Source: Eukaryota sp. GEM-RC1 (Eukaryota). From it: 64,000 bases of DNA. The notes beneath the pieces were generated by a model that searched no databases, was not told where the DNA came from, and was given only the letters and a program-made list of their open reading frames with translations. The DNA is taken from positions 2,232,001 through 2,296,000 of the forward strand of contig JAUFOQ010000005.1 in assembly GCA_040285855.1 (NCBI GenBank). The letters are read 5' to 3'. Made by a program: the position numbers and the translations under genes. Each line of letters starts with the position of its first letter. Within the stretch, counting starts at the first letter, position 1. Shown here one piece after another: positions 51,376 to 64,000 of this stretch.

Positions 51376-52182
51376 TCACCTTCTAAATCTGGGATCTCTA
51401 TCACGTGGCCGATCATCCCTCCTTCTTCCCTCTCTAGGTCCTCCCCTTCTACGACCCCCACTACCACGTACATCTCTAAAATCATCACGTCTCCTTGCAT
51501 CCTCTCTTCGATACCCACTCTTTCCCTGAACTTTTCTCCCTCTTCTATCATCTCTCTCCTCCTCTCTTACAGTTCTTCCTGGTCCAACACCTCCACCAAG
51601 ACGACGGGGAAGCCATCCTGAACTAAGTCTAGCTCGTTCATAGTCAACTACGATGGGTTTACCAGCAATCACAGTCCCTTGTAGATTATGAATAGCATCT
51701 TTAAGATCGTGTGAGTGCTTGAACTCAACAAAGGCATATCCACAAGGCTTAACAACTTCCCCTTCATGAGAGTTCATGGGGATTGTTACAAACCTCACTG
51801 GACCGTACTTCTCAAAGGCTATACGTAGATCCTCTTCGGTTGCAGTGTAGGACAAACGACCGACAAAGGCAGTTTTATAAGGGTCAGAGATTATGTTGGG
51901 ATCAGCTTTTGGGTTGTACACAGAGATAGAAGCTTGAAGTGATTTAGCGCGTTCAATGCGTTTTTGTTGTTTTTGGAAAACAAGTTTATCAGCTTCTGCC
52001 AAAGGATTTGGGTTATCGTGAAGTGATGATATCATTGGTGGTTGAGATTCAAGACGATCTAGAAATTGATGAATTCCAGAGATAGTAGGTGGTTGTGGTT
52101 GGTCATCAATAGGAACATTTTCCAAGGCAGGGCGAGGTTGGAAGAGAGTGAGGAGTGCTACTGGAAGAACAGATGCGATCAT
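51376..52182 (-). CDS. SNRNP70: U1 snRNP 70K
   Basis: LLTLFQPRP; DPYKTAFVGRLSY; RRM GYAFVEF; VDYERAR...WLPRRLGGG; RD/RG tail. Confidence 0.95.
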   Translation of the reverse strand: MIASVLPVALLTLFQPRPALENVPIDDQPQPPTISGIHQFLDRLESQPPMISSLHDNPNPLAEADKLVFQKQQKRIERAKSLQASISVYNPKADPNIISDPYKTAFVGRLSYTATEEDLRIAFEKYGPVRFVTIPMNSHEGEVVKPCGYAFVEFKHSHDLKDAIHNLQGTVIAGKPIVVDYERARLSSGWLPRRLGGGVGPGRTVREEERDDRRGRKVQGKSGYRREDARRRDDFRDVRGSGGRRRGGPREGRRRDDRPRDRDPRFRR

Positions 52183-52273
52183 TTAAGAAGGTAATTCTCC
52201 AAAAAAAGCAACAACTGAAGAACAATCTTTCATATCTGCTGCTTTCTTTCTAGCACTAACTTGGGTATTCATA

Positions 52274-53928
52274 ATGCCTGCTAGATCAAAACTATCAGAC
52301 TTTCAACAGATCAGTGTTCTTGGACATGGTTCCTATGGTTCTGTGTCTAAGGTACGCAGAGTTCAAGACGGACGTTTCTATTGCTTAAAAAAGTTATCCT
52401 TCCCAAGAACCAGAAACAAGCTTCTGCTGCCTTGTCAGAGTGTCACATACTTGCTTCTCTTGATACTTGTACACACATTGTCCACTACTATGACTCATTT
52501 ATTGAAGGAAACACTCTCTACATTGTTCAGGAATTTGCTGAAAATGGAGATCTCTCCGAATACCTTAGACGAAACAAGGAGTCACTGAGTAGAAATGCCA
52601 TTTGGAAGTTCTTCATACAAATACTAATAGGACTTGACTATGTTCATAGCAAACGAGTTCTCCATCGTGATCTCAAATCCCTCAATGTCTTTCTGGATAG
52701 TTCTGGTAATGCTAAACTTGGAGATTTCGGCATCTCCAAAGCCTTGGACCAATCATCAGCCATGGCTCAAACATTCATTGGTACACCGCTCTATCTTTCG
52801 TATGACAGCTCCTCTATCTTTCTCACTTTAGCCCTGAAGTTGCACAAGGAAGAGGATATACATACTCCTCAGATTGTTGGTCTTTGGGAATTCTTCTTTT
52901 TGAGCTCTGTACCAAACGATATCCTTTCTACGCTGACAACCAAGCAGCCTTGTTAATAAAGATTCTCACTCAAAATCCAGAACCACTTCCAAGTGAGTTC
53001 TCGGAGTTTTCTGGGATTTTAAATAGTTTGTTAGTGAAGGAGGCTGAGCAGAGAGCGTCTACCAGAAGCTTACTTCGTGACCCATTGGTGGTTGCAAAAG
53101 CACATCAGTTGGGTATAGTTTTACCTAATTTACCTGCTGAAAAGGATAGCCATTCTCCTCGTATTAAGTCCCCGTCAGTCAAGGGAAGTCAAGTCTCCTA
53201 AAGTTGTCCAGTTAGCAGAGAAAAGAAGTGTTCTGAGCACTAATAGTAGCAAAGCAGATGCTTCAGATTTCTCTTCTGATTCTGAGTGTCAAACGGTGTT
53301 TTTTGCCGGCAGAAATAGTGAAGATGACGATAGTGGTTCTGAAATGTCTGATTATGGAACTGTTGTTGTTGGTCATTCTAGGGATGATTATGTAGTTGAA
53401 GATAGCCTTGACATGTCATCTGAATCAGATATTTGTCAGGATCTTGAAGATAGTATGGTTCCTCTGCAACAACTGGCTATACAACATCAACAAAAGGTAA
53501 ACTATGAAGTTGTTGATCTTCCAGCTCAGATTAAGCAACCTGCAGTGTTTAAACCTCCTAAACCGGTTCCAGTTAAACCTGGTAAACCTACTCCATCTAA
53601 AACTACAACTGAGACGAAAGCTCCTGCACCACGACCAAAGAAGACTTCTCCAGTGAAAAAGGTTGCACCTAAACAGACGAAGACAAGTATCGCTGATCAA
53701 CGTAGATCTCTAGAAGAGTTGAAGAGCAACTTGACCAGACAAGCTCTAGAAATTGTTTCTCAAAATCATTTTGACCGGATTTTCAACTTTATATTGGACA
53801 ATCCAGGTGCTGATGAGCACAAGCTGGCCAGATTTATCTATGGAGTTATTGAGTTCACTCAAGCTGAAGCTGTTCCAATGATAATAGAATGTGTTCAAGT
53901 CTCCAAGAACATTGATGAGTTGGCATAA
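52274..53928 (+). CDS. NEK (NIMA-related) kinase; intron 52800-52831; apparent indels at ~52390 and ~53183
   Basis: LGHGSYG, HIVHYYDSF, HRDLKSLNVFL, KLGDFGISK, AQTFIGTPLYLSPE (after splicing), SDCWSLG. Confidence 0.9.
52800..52831 (+). other. 32-nt spliceosomal intron
   Basis: GTATGACAGCTCCTCTATCTTTCTCACTTTAG. Removal restores GTPLYLSPE. Confidence 0.92.
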
Positions 53929-54238
53929 TGGCAGTCTATGGTCTATTTTTAGTGTTTTGACTTTGTACATCTTATCTATTCAGAGCTTGAACAATTAATG
54001 TATTTTATTCCTCGAACATTCAAATTTTTGATAAACATCGGTACTTACAGCAAAATTAAAAACCAATGGACAGTTTGTTATAAGAGAGAAAATAATTCAA
54101 TCAAGATGACCTGTTGGTGGAGTTATCAGCTCTTCAATGGTGAAAAGCCAAATATCCTCCAATTATTACCACTTTAAAACGCACACATCCTGATACAGAA
54201 TCCGTATTTTTATGACACACAGGTTGGTTGTTTAGTTG

Positions 54239-54881
54239 CAGGGCTCCTCATAAATAAATATAAATTCTATTTATTTATATTTATTTATATTTATATTTAT
54301 TTTTGAGCCTTTTGGCGATCGTGCAAATAAAACAAAATAAAACAAAATATAAATAATTATAAATAAAATGTCGGTAAGTAAACTTCATTGATCTGTATTA
54401 TACATCGGTTAATTTAGTGCTCAAGGTTGTTGATTGACTTGAAACATGATTTGTGAAATACTCACATTAGTTCAATATCAGCATCGTGGACGACCGTGAG
54501 AATCGCTCACTGATCATACGCCCGGATATAGTTGTGGGATTGACTTAGAAAACAGGTAAAGGCTCGTCTGCATCGGTTAAGTTCAACATTGAAATGGCAA
54601 TGTTTGAGGAAAATTAATTGACTTTGATTCTGGGCTGAGTTGAAGATCCACATGTGGCGGCGACACAGTTATATGAAGCAGAAAGTCAACTAACCTTTAT
54701 CTACAAGAAAGGGATGATCAAATGGATTGTGTAATCATCGATAGTGACTGAGAGAAACTGTACTAATAAAATATTGTATTTTTATTTGGGTTTTATTTTG
54801 TTTTAATTATATTTATTTCACATTTATTTTTGGCACTTTTTGATGTTCAAATTATTTTAAATTATCTTATGAGAGGGCCTG
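54239..54881. mobile_element. Non-autonomous hAT element with 8-bp TSD
   Basis: Imperfect TIRs CAGGGCTCCTCATAA / TTATGAGAGGGCCTG. TTTAGTTG at 54231-54238 and 54882-54889. AT-rich subterminal repeats. Confidence 0.85.
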
Positions 54882-54942
54882 TTTAGTTGAACTCGTTGCC
54901 CTATTCGATTTTTTGAAATTGAAATTGAAATACAGTAATAAT

Positions 54943-55750
54943 GAGAGATGTTTATTCGGCACCCAATAAGGTAACCTTTCTACAAACTATGAAATTGTAA
55001 AAACAAACAAATAATACTAAGATTAAATCCAAACGACTTCATCACCACCCGGTAAAAGATTACGTTTATCTACATGAACCTTCACACCAAACTTGTACAA
55101 TTTCTCAATTAATCTAGAGAAATAGAAAGGCATATTCCGATATATGGAAAACACTATACGGTTTTTCCATTCAGCCATTCTAAACTTACGCTTCTTTTCT
55201 TTACACAATTCTTCGAAATCCTTGAAAAATTGATCACCAGCAGGACTAATAGATCCAAAAAGAGAAACAGCAAAAGGTTGAAACACAAATTTGGAATATG
55301 AGTTTCTATTTAATTCTTCTACTTGAGAGCCATACTTGGTGTGTTTGAGCTTTTCAGCTGCTGTTAATGGATTAAAAAAAGAATCTAATATCCTACTAAC
55401 ACAAGATTTGTTACATACATCTACTGTAGTAAAATCCATTAATGCTTGACTCGATTTAAGCCACGGAGTATGTAGATCCCCTCGTTTTTGATCAGTAAAT
55501 TCATTTTCTGAAAGATGATTCAAAACTGGTTCAACTTTAGAGTGAAAACCATGTGCTTTAAACATGGAATAACAAGAATCACGTACACCATCATGAATTA
55601 CTGCACGGAGATGAATAAAATAACGACAATTAATTAAATGACGAAAAACACCATTAGCTCCACAAGAGCACGTTGAATAGTTTAATAAATTTGCAGGCCA
55701 AATAGCCAAACGAAGACGCATATTGATCATCCAAGCTTCATCAGATAGAT
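54943..55750 (-). mobile_element. Longest CRE-like retrotransposon fragment: zinc knuckle + RLE endonuclease
   Basis: RLRL...CSCG....RHLINC...IHDGVRD...VEP...RGD...MDFTTVD...AEKLKHTKY...FQPFAVSLFG. Confidence 0.9.
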
Positions 55751-56194
55751 GTAATCAAATAATGTCTCTACATGTACTAATAAAGGTAATAAATATATGA
55801 ATGAAAATAAATAATAAATAACTTGAAGATTCAAAAAGTTGAAGTGTCTCAATAAGCGCAGACGTACTTGTCGATCTGTAGTTGACGGATCTCCTTTAGA
55901 TTTTACTAGGATACATCCAGTCTTGATGCAGACATTGATATCTAGCTTCAATCGTTGTTTTTAGAACATTTAGTTCTTGTAGTAAGTAGGCATGAAATGT
56001 TTGCAAACGACTATACATTGTATATTTGGACTGACGCGAACCATAGTATTATGTATTTTTTTCACAAATGACCATGTAAACGACATGTTTATTAGTAAAA
56101 GAAACGAACAAATAGATTTTAAAGCGTTCTGAAAAAAAAAGCCTCATGTATTGAATGCTTTTGTTTGTTTTATTATTTTATTATAAATGTAATA

Positions 56195-56450
56195 GATCAA
56201 ACAACTAGAATTTGATATCATTAAAACAACACCCGTCGCTATCAAACCTTACAACAGCTTTGTCCCCATAAAAGGAACTCACTGCTAAAGAAGCTTTGGA
56301 GATGATTGGGGGAATTGTATTAAAAACAGTAAAAACGATCCGATTCAACCATAACATATGATCAAAACGTTTGTTCATTTTATTTTTATCGATTTTTCCG
56401 AAATCGTTTATAAAATTCAATGTACTTTTTCCTAAACGTCCATAAATCGA
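56195..56450 (-). mobile_element. CRE-like retrotransposon 3' fragment
   Basis: FDHMLWLNRIVFTVF...FYGDKAVVRFD, similar to the end of 22065-22537. Confidence 0.7.
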
Positions 56451-58116
56451 ATCTTGGATTTATCATGGTTAACTTGACAAGGTTGTGACAATCTAAAACG
56501 AACTTTCGTTTTAAACTAATCACGAGCTTTTGTCAAAAATACAAATATATAGTGTTTATATAGACTCATCTAGATCGTCTTTTATAGTGAAAAAGTTTAG
56601 AACGTCTAATTTAATTAGTTATCACGTAGTATTTGATTCAATCATAGTCATTCTTGTAACACTGAAAAATTAACAAGCATCATGGAGACCAATTTTAAAA
56701 TCGATGAAGTGCTCAAATGTACGACTAGTATATGTTAAATGAATTTGAAATAGGTATAACGATTTATTCAAAGTTTGAAGTGATTGAAGATCAGCTTATT
56801 GACTACAGAATTGTACAGAAACTGCGACATAAGACACATATGTTGTCCAAATAAATATTAAATAAATTATAAAAAACGGGGTTTATGATCAATCAGTGAA
56901 ATATATGAATTAATAAACAAATTATAATGAAGTTGTAAAACAACTATGAGATCTTTACTATTGACCAGCAATTTTCCATGTCTAGTGTTTTCATAGCTCT
57001 CTTTAACTGTATTTAATATTAGATTTATAAGTAATATCTACTTCCTTTCTATAAGTCCTCCAGTCTGATCACGTGATCAAGCTGGAAAATCCCAAAAAGC
57101 ATTGACTATTCTTTTGCTCTTGGTCCCTCCATTTTCCAAGATCGGTTTCCTATCACAGCTCAATTTGGAATGTAAGTAGAAGCTTTGTTCCTATCCACTT
57201 ATTCACCTGCGCGCTCCACTGACATTTTGAAGCTTATTAAAATGTTTCCTAAATATCATCCTTCCAACCCATTCACTTTTATGGACAGTGATGATGTATC
57301 TCTTTTTTTCCCAGTAACAATGAGAAAGAGAAGAGACATTCTTTGGCAGAAGAATCTTATTTGTCAAAGATGCCGTATTCTGTTCACTGCAGGTGGGACC
57401 CTGGTGATTCAAGTCCTGTTAGTGCGGTCGTCAGATTTCTACTAGTGATATTGTCTTTGTCAGAACCAGATCAACTTCAACAGACTAAGAAGACTTTGAA
57501 AATATTAAAACTTCAATGAACACAGAAGCTCTTCGAAAAAGGCTTGTGGTCGTCATTGATTTCAATGAATTGTTTCGAGTTATTCTCCACCACAAACTTG
57601 ATTGTATTTTGCAGTAAACTTGTCGTATCGACAGTAGAATATATTATATTAAGGTATATTATCAATAGTGTCACACCAGATCGAAATATCACTCAAGTTT
57701 AAAGATATAAGTGATGACAAACCTGACTTTACCTAAATTTCATCATACTTCTTTTGAAAGAAGCAGTGATTGAATCGTAAACAAAGGAAAATGATGGGGA
57801 TTGCTCCCATCATCAAGAAAAGTATTTACTAAAAAAAATACAATGAGATCAAAATAATGACCAATTGGAGAGTTTTTTGGGATTTAAGCCAACTATTGCA
57901 AAGTTCGCAGATTTCTTTGGAAAAATTGGTATTTTTTCATCCTAGTTGTGAGTTTAAGGTCCTAATCTAAAGGAAAACAGTCCTACGATCATTAGTCTTT
58001 GGGGAAATAGACTTTACAAACTAGTTATCAGATGTGGGATTCAGGACGTTTCTCACCAGTACAACACTAGAACATATCACATCCTGAGCCTCCACTGCAT
58101 AGTAGTTGTTCATTGA

Positions 58117-58775
58117 ATGATACTCTTTCAGTTTCTCATACCAGTTGAGTCTTGTGGCATCTCCTTTTCGAATCCTAGCTCTAATGCATCCGCCTCTTCA
58201 TCTATCGTAGATTATCCTTCTTTTCATGTACACTTCCAACAGTCTCTCCTTATTTCGATCTATTTTCATTTTCAAAGTCAGCACTTAAAGTCATCCCTCG
58301 AATGGAACCGTGATCTCCCTCGCAGTGCTATCTATTTGTTGATGAAAGGTCTTCCCGCTTTTTTTCAGAAAGCTGGTTATGTCAAAGCTCATTTCTTTGA
58401 ATCACAAAATTTCAAATTTTGAATCTGCTCTACTAGCAACCAAACTCTTTTCCAAACAAACACGTTTCATGTTCTGACCAGAGACATCCCTCACTTCCAT
58501 TCAGTTTCTTCATTTTTTGAAGCACAATCGAAATCTATATTCGTACATGAAAACGCGGACTTTAATGTTAAAGAATTAGTCAGTTATTCGCCTTTAATTA
58601 CAGCATTGGAATTGACATTGAATAATCCCAGTGACTTAGAGCTTCTCAGCAGATCTTTTTGGATTTTCCAAATCTTAAGCAACTTCACGTGCGTACACCT
58701 TATTCTCGTTCTTCTGTACCATTGATTGAATTATTCAAATTTGATACTACAATTACAAGTGTGAATTTGAAGATT
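58117..58775 (+). pseudogene. Decayed LRR-family gene (N-terminal domain, truncated at the first LRR)
   Basis: HVHFQQSLLISIYFH...LPAFFQKAGYVKAHFF, homologous to the 30329 and 38432 genes. Several frameshifts. Confidence 0.7.
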
Positions 58776-59339
58776 CGATTTTGAACCGTCTCTTTGCATT
58801 AAGACATGAATTAGTTAATGATGTTTTTGTGTTTATTTTAGTGTTTTTGTTCCATAACTAGAAGAGATTAAAAAAAAGATGATGTACTAGTAGATGTATT
58901 TGTATCTCATTTGTTAATGATGATGATAGTTTGTATTTGTACGATTAAATAAAAGACGTTTTTTTAATCTTGCCTCTTGTGATGTTTTCATGACGTGATG
59001 TTGACGTCATCTGTTTTGCTGCACTTTATGTGATTGTTTAAAGATATATAAGACATTCAGATTTATAAACACTACAATTTTTGAATCTACGTGAAGTAAC
59101 ACATGTTCTATTACATCAACAGTACTTTTGTTAGTTTAAGCCTTTTACAACAATACTGATATAAAAAGTTAGGGGATTATCACATTCTTTAAAAACAACG
59201 TGTTTCGACAAATTCCAGCTGTAAATTCTCTCAATTCTTGACTTAGAGCTTATATGATGATCTGTTTTTTGGAACGTCTTAATTCACCCTGTATTATTCA
59301 GTCACAGCTTTTTATGACTTTCAAGTAATTGGTAATGAA

Positions 59340-59790
59340 AATGAACGAATTGATTTTAAATATAGTATTAAAGACCTTCATACCTTAAGTCTTGACGTTG
59401 TCGCTTTCAGGAATTGCTGCTTTATTTGGATGTGTTGAGGTTTATTTTTGATGTTATGAGCGTTTCTGTCAGATCTATTGTTTTGTTACTTTCAATGAAC
59501 AGACGCAGCAAAATAAGACAAATGTATTGTCAGTGATGACGAAAATATCTCCTCTAATAGGACAGATGTTGTTGTGCAGGATGATGACGAGTCCACTATT
59601 AGTCAAAGTGTAAGTGTCGTCGATTATGATCCAATTTATAACCAGAAAGTGTCAAACCTTTCACAAAAACAAAAGCTGAATGTTACTAAACTACTGAAAT
59701 TTATTTTGTTGATATTGATTTCGGTTTCTATTTGACTTGAGAGGTACTTCATACTTTCTGATTCGAGAAGCGTTTTCAGAATCACTTTGG
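59340..59790 (-). repeat. Paralogous segment lacking the 20857-21770 hAT and 22065-22537 retro insertions
   Basis: Its reverse complement aligns to ~20775-20856 + 21779-22064 + 22548-22630. Confidence 0.88.
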
Positions 59791-62377
59791 ATACATGCAG
59801 ATGGATGAAGCTGCTATCATTCGCGATGATTATTACAGTCTAATCCTCGTGATTTCATACAGTTTTTTCATCCAAAGGATTTAAAGTTCAACGATACTTG
59901 GCCATTTATTAAGGCTACTTTCAATTTGAGAGATTCTGAATCACGATTTACTCAGTTAAATCTATCACGTGATTGGGAGGACTCCATTTCTAAGATTCTT
60001 AATGATCTTGCTAGTGAAATATTCAACGGAAAACAAAATTTTGAAAATGAGTCGCAGATTTACGACCCAGATTTCCTGTACTTGTGTCTATCAATTTTTT
60101 AACGGGACCTACCGAAAGTATCAGAAATAGTTGGTGTCTATCTTAAACGTCTCTGTGGTACTGTGGTATTTCCTAAATCTTTCGTGAAATGTTCATCACA
60201 ACAGTTTTGCTTATTGTTTTTGTTATCTATGATTGATGAATATTGGAATTGCTGGTTGTGCCAGAGAGCTTCTCCCGGACAACAGTGCCAACTCTTCCAT
60301 CTCTGACAACTACCCATCACAAAAATCAATCACAGAAAATTGTGATTCGCAACTTTGGAATTTGAAACAATCAATGAGGGGAATTGCTCCCATCATCAAG
60401 AAAATTATATAAACCAACAACAAGTAGTGGTAATCAATGGGACCTAAATAATGCCCAATATCAAGGTCTTATGGAATTTAAGGCAATTTTCCAAAAGTTC
60501 GCAGATTTCGCCTAGTTTGCGAGGTTTTTAAGATATCTGCATGTCCTCCCTCTTTCCAAGTTCGAGCAGTTTGAAAGAGAGTATTGCCGCGTAGTTGTTG
60601 TTCTATAAAAAGGTGTACTTATCGCTCTGTAGTTGACGTATATCCTTTAGAGTTTACTAGGCCACAACCAATGACTACATCCGGTCTTAATGCAAACAAA
60701 AACCCCTAGTTTCAATTGTTGTTTTTATTACATTTAGATTCTTGGTGTAAAAATATGTGAAATGCTTGCAAAAAACCATTCTTTTGAATGGACGCCACTC
60801 ATATGCATGTCTATATTCTCCAGTTGCTAAATTGTTAAGTGTTGCAAGAGCTTATGTAGAAATTTTTTGAACTAGAGAAGATCTATCGAATCTATCATGT
60901 CACAATGACTACAAATACATTACTTAAGATCATAGTTCGAAAAGCGTACGACACGTTCGGTCACGTACTCCATACGCGCACGTGCGGAATACGAGCGGCT
61001 TCTTTTTACCGTATTCCAACGTATTCTTTTTTTAATACTGTTTTCTGTTAACCAGCAACTATTTTATATTATAAAATACTATTTTTTTAAAATAATCTTT
61101 TTATACTTATTTTATATACTAGAGTGTATCATAAATGTAATAAAATACTATTGATGAAACAAAAACTATAACTCTTTATTAAGTTAGGGATTCACAACAA
61201 TACGGTCTTCTGGTCCATCTTCAAGAGTGTCATGGTCCTAATCTTGAGGTTTAGCAAAAAACTGATCAGTTTCATAAGATCTTTTCCGTGATTTAAATCA
61301 TCTGGTGTTTCAGACTTTGATTGGCGTAAAGAAATATTCAATCATTCAGGAGTAAAGTTTGGATCCTATTTTGTTTCTTGGTTTTAATGACGAAGTGCAC
61401 AATGCAATTTCTCTCGTGAGCCACAAAGATTTGGGTGAATATGTCTCCATTTCTCGCCATGATGATTGTTTTTTGTATAGTCTACGTTTCTTCTCGTATT
61501 CATAAAACTCATTTAAAGCATCAGTGTAATGTTCTAATGTAATGGACCATACGATAAAAGAAATGCAACACGTGTTTATGTAAGAATACGGTATTCTCAC
61601 ACGTGTGCTGCCGTACATGGACAAAAGCTATTTAAAGATCGAGTTACCCTAGCTTTGACCATCAGTCTTACGAGGGAGAAACTACAATTAGTCGTGATTG
61701 CTAATTCACAACACCTTGTTGTCTTTCGAAATCAACGAATTGGACAGTTCGTTCGTTATTGAAGAAACACAAAACAATGGATGTTACGGCAGCTGTTTGT
61801 TGAATACTATAGGACACTAATCAATTACATGTCTAGCAATAACAGAATATTGGTATTGTTATTGACAGATTAAAAAATGTGGACGATCCAGATACAATCA
61901 TTCAGATTGAATTCGACAACAAACAGTCCCTCCCTTGGTTAGGTTCACTTTCGAACAACAGATGAACTACCTCGGGAACCCCATCTAATCTCATAAAGAT
62001 CAAGATCAATTCATTTAGGTCGTTCTAAGAACACTGGACCGCGAATACATTACAGCACGTAATAAAAAAAATGTGACAATGAACTGGGACATCCTTGATC
62101 ACCAACAAAGATGGTTAGATTTCATTCGTCGCTGCGACAAAGTCCTCAACAGAAGCACTGTGGTCAGAACCGAAAACTTATACGTCGCTTTGGAAGAGAC
62201 TATCGTAAGCAGAGCTTTGCTGACCAACATTGAGATCGACTACGACCATTATTTACTTGAAAAGCTAGGTATCAATTAACGGAACTTTACTAAAGAAATT
62301 AACTGAATCGGATATTGACTTTCAGCTAAATTTAAGCTTATTTTTCAATATGAACCAGTGCATTGAGTCTCCAACAA

Positions 62378-63440
62378 ATGATGGGAATTGCTCCCATTAT
62401 AATGAGAATTAGATGAATCACGACAGGAGATCAAAATGATGCAAAAACAGTCTTTAGGAATTTAAAACCAAAAATTCGCAGATTTCACCCAAATTTATAC
62501 GAGGGTTCCAAATTCTCTGCACGACCTCTATCAATGTTTGAGCAGTTTGATAGAGATTAATGTAGTGTAGTTGGTGTTTTATAAAATTGTACTTGGACGT
62601 TTCTCCTTTAGAGTTTACTAGGATACAACCAGTCTTGATGCAAACATTGATATAGCTTCAATCGTAGTTTTTATAACATTTAGTTCTTGTAGTAAGCCGG
62701 TAAGAAATATTTGCAGAAGACAATGTTTTCAAATGGACAATCACAAATTTCCCACCAAAAATTCAAATTTTGAAAACAAGTCTCGGACGCTAAGGTAGTG
62801 TTGTTGTGAACCAGTTAAGATCTATTAAACTTGTCAAGTCCAATAGGTGTCTCTAGAGTAGTTTGAGATTAGTCACATGTCATCACGAAATTGATTTCAT
62901 TTCAAATTATTGCAAAAACATTATTTTTTAAACGTCATGTAAGCGAGTTAAAGAAACGAGCGAATATATTTTAGAGTGTTCTGTATAGCAACAACATGGA
63001 TTGAATCTTCGGTCTATTATCGTTAGCTTGAAAGCATCGACACAATAATTTTGGTTCTACAGTTTACAGTTTGAAAGAGCTACTGTTGCATAAAAAATAC
63101 AGTATTTACTATCAGATTCAATCCTACAGATCTTTATTTAAAGTGACAAAGTTCAGAAAGTTCTATCAAATTGACTATCATGTAGCATTTGATTCAATCA
63201 TAGTGATTCAAGTAAATACTAATTTCAACCAATATCATGAAGAACAATTTTAAAAAAATCGATGAAGGACTCAAATGTATTCTATGTTAAAATTTCAAAT
63301 ATACCTCTTTTAAAAAAAAAGTGATTGTAGATCAGCTTATTGTATTGTGCACGAAATTCTAACTTATCTAAACTAAACTCATTTTCTATCCAAAAAAGAA
63401 ACTTCTCTTTATGTCCTGTTCAAAACATTGGAGGTACTCT
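62378..63440 (+). repeat. Most complete copy of the hairpin-ended dispersed repeat family
   Basis: Starts with the ATGATGGGAATTGCTCCCATTAT hairpin. Homologous pieces at 60374-60790, 57791-57920, 55860-56010, 56620-56820, and on the minus strand 19573-19650 and 17955-18660. Confidence 0.75.
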
Positions 63441-64000
63441 CAACATCTCTCCTAAAAAGGACGATGAATCAATCCCAATACTCATGTGGAACCTCACCTG
63501 AAAAGGATCGATGGAATCTCAAAATGTTCCCGTGGAACAACAACGAACACCCTCACAATTGGTGGAACTTCTCTTGAAACGGGAGATGATATCCCCAACT
63601 CCTTTTTGAACAGAAAATATATCCTCTTCTATATGAATGACGGAACCCTTCCTGTGAAGAACAAAACAAGTTCAGTAATCATCCTATTAAGGATAAGGAG
63701 TGGCAATTGTTGAAACAAAGTCAAGTAACTGATACAACTTCGATCGACATTCAGTATCTAAAACTTTTGAAAACATGTTGAGGACTCCATCTTTTAAAAA
63801 ACCATAGTAATATGGCGCTAATTCGCAATGACAATGACCTCCAAACATATTTCTTTTCTGATGATGACCTTGAAAGCCTTGGAAATATTTGAAATATTTG
63901 ATGCTGTAATGACAGCTGAAATTAAACTTCTTCGTGATTTAGGTAAAGTTGACAATTCCACAGTTCTCTCAAAATTTAGTGAGGATCTCAGTTTGTTCTC

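Noticed and set aside
60940..61620. Possible TIR element with cacgt/gaatacg repeats
   Set aside because: Subterminal-like repeats are present, but I could not define matching TIRs or a TSD.
1..64000. tRNA, rRNA or snRNA genes
   Set aside because: None recognised by eye; a covariance-model search would be needed to exclude them.

Overview
AT-rich eukaryotic DNA, apparently from an anaerobic protist. The evidence is a bacterial-type pyruvate formate-lyase with a spliceosomal intron and no presequence, centrin, U1-70K, RBBP6/Mpe1, N6AMT1, a NEK kinase, and tiny 26-32 nt GTATG...CTYACNNTAG introns. A metamonad-like host is my inference. Compact housekeeping genes, often in head-to-head pairs, lie among many transposon remnants: 5'-truncated CRE-like RLE non-LTR retrotransposons with TSDs, hAT and Tc1/pogo non-autonomous elements, an IS630/Tc1 transposase, and a hairpin-ended repeat family. 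An expanded family of 28-aa RI-like LRR genes is present, including two tandem RING-kinase-coiled-coil-LRR paralogs. Many genes carry single-base frameshifts, mostly at homopolymers, which are probably assembly indels. The most striking item is 47966-50849. Read through its disablements, it is one ORF joining a catalytically degenerate family-B DNA polymerase 3'-5' exonuclease-like domain to a Fanzor1-like (TnpB-derived) protein that has RuvC-I but is truncated before RuvC-II/III. All family assignments come from motif recognition by eye; no searches were run.
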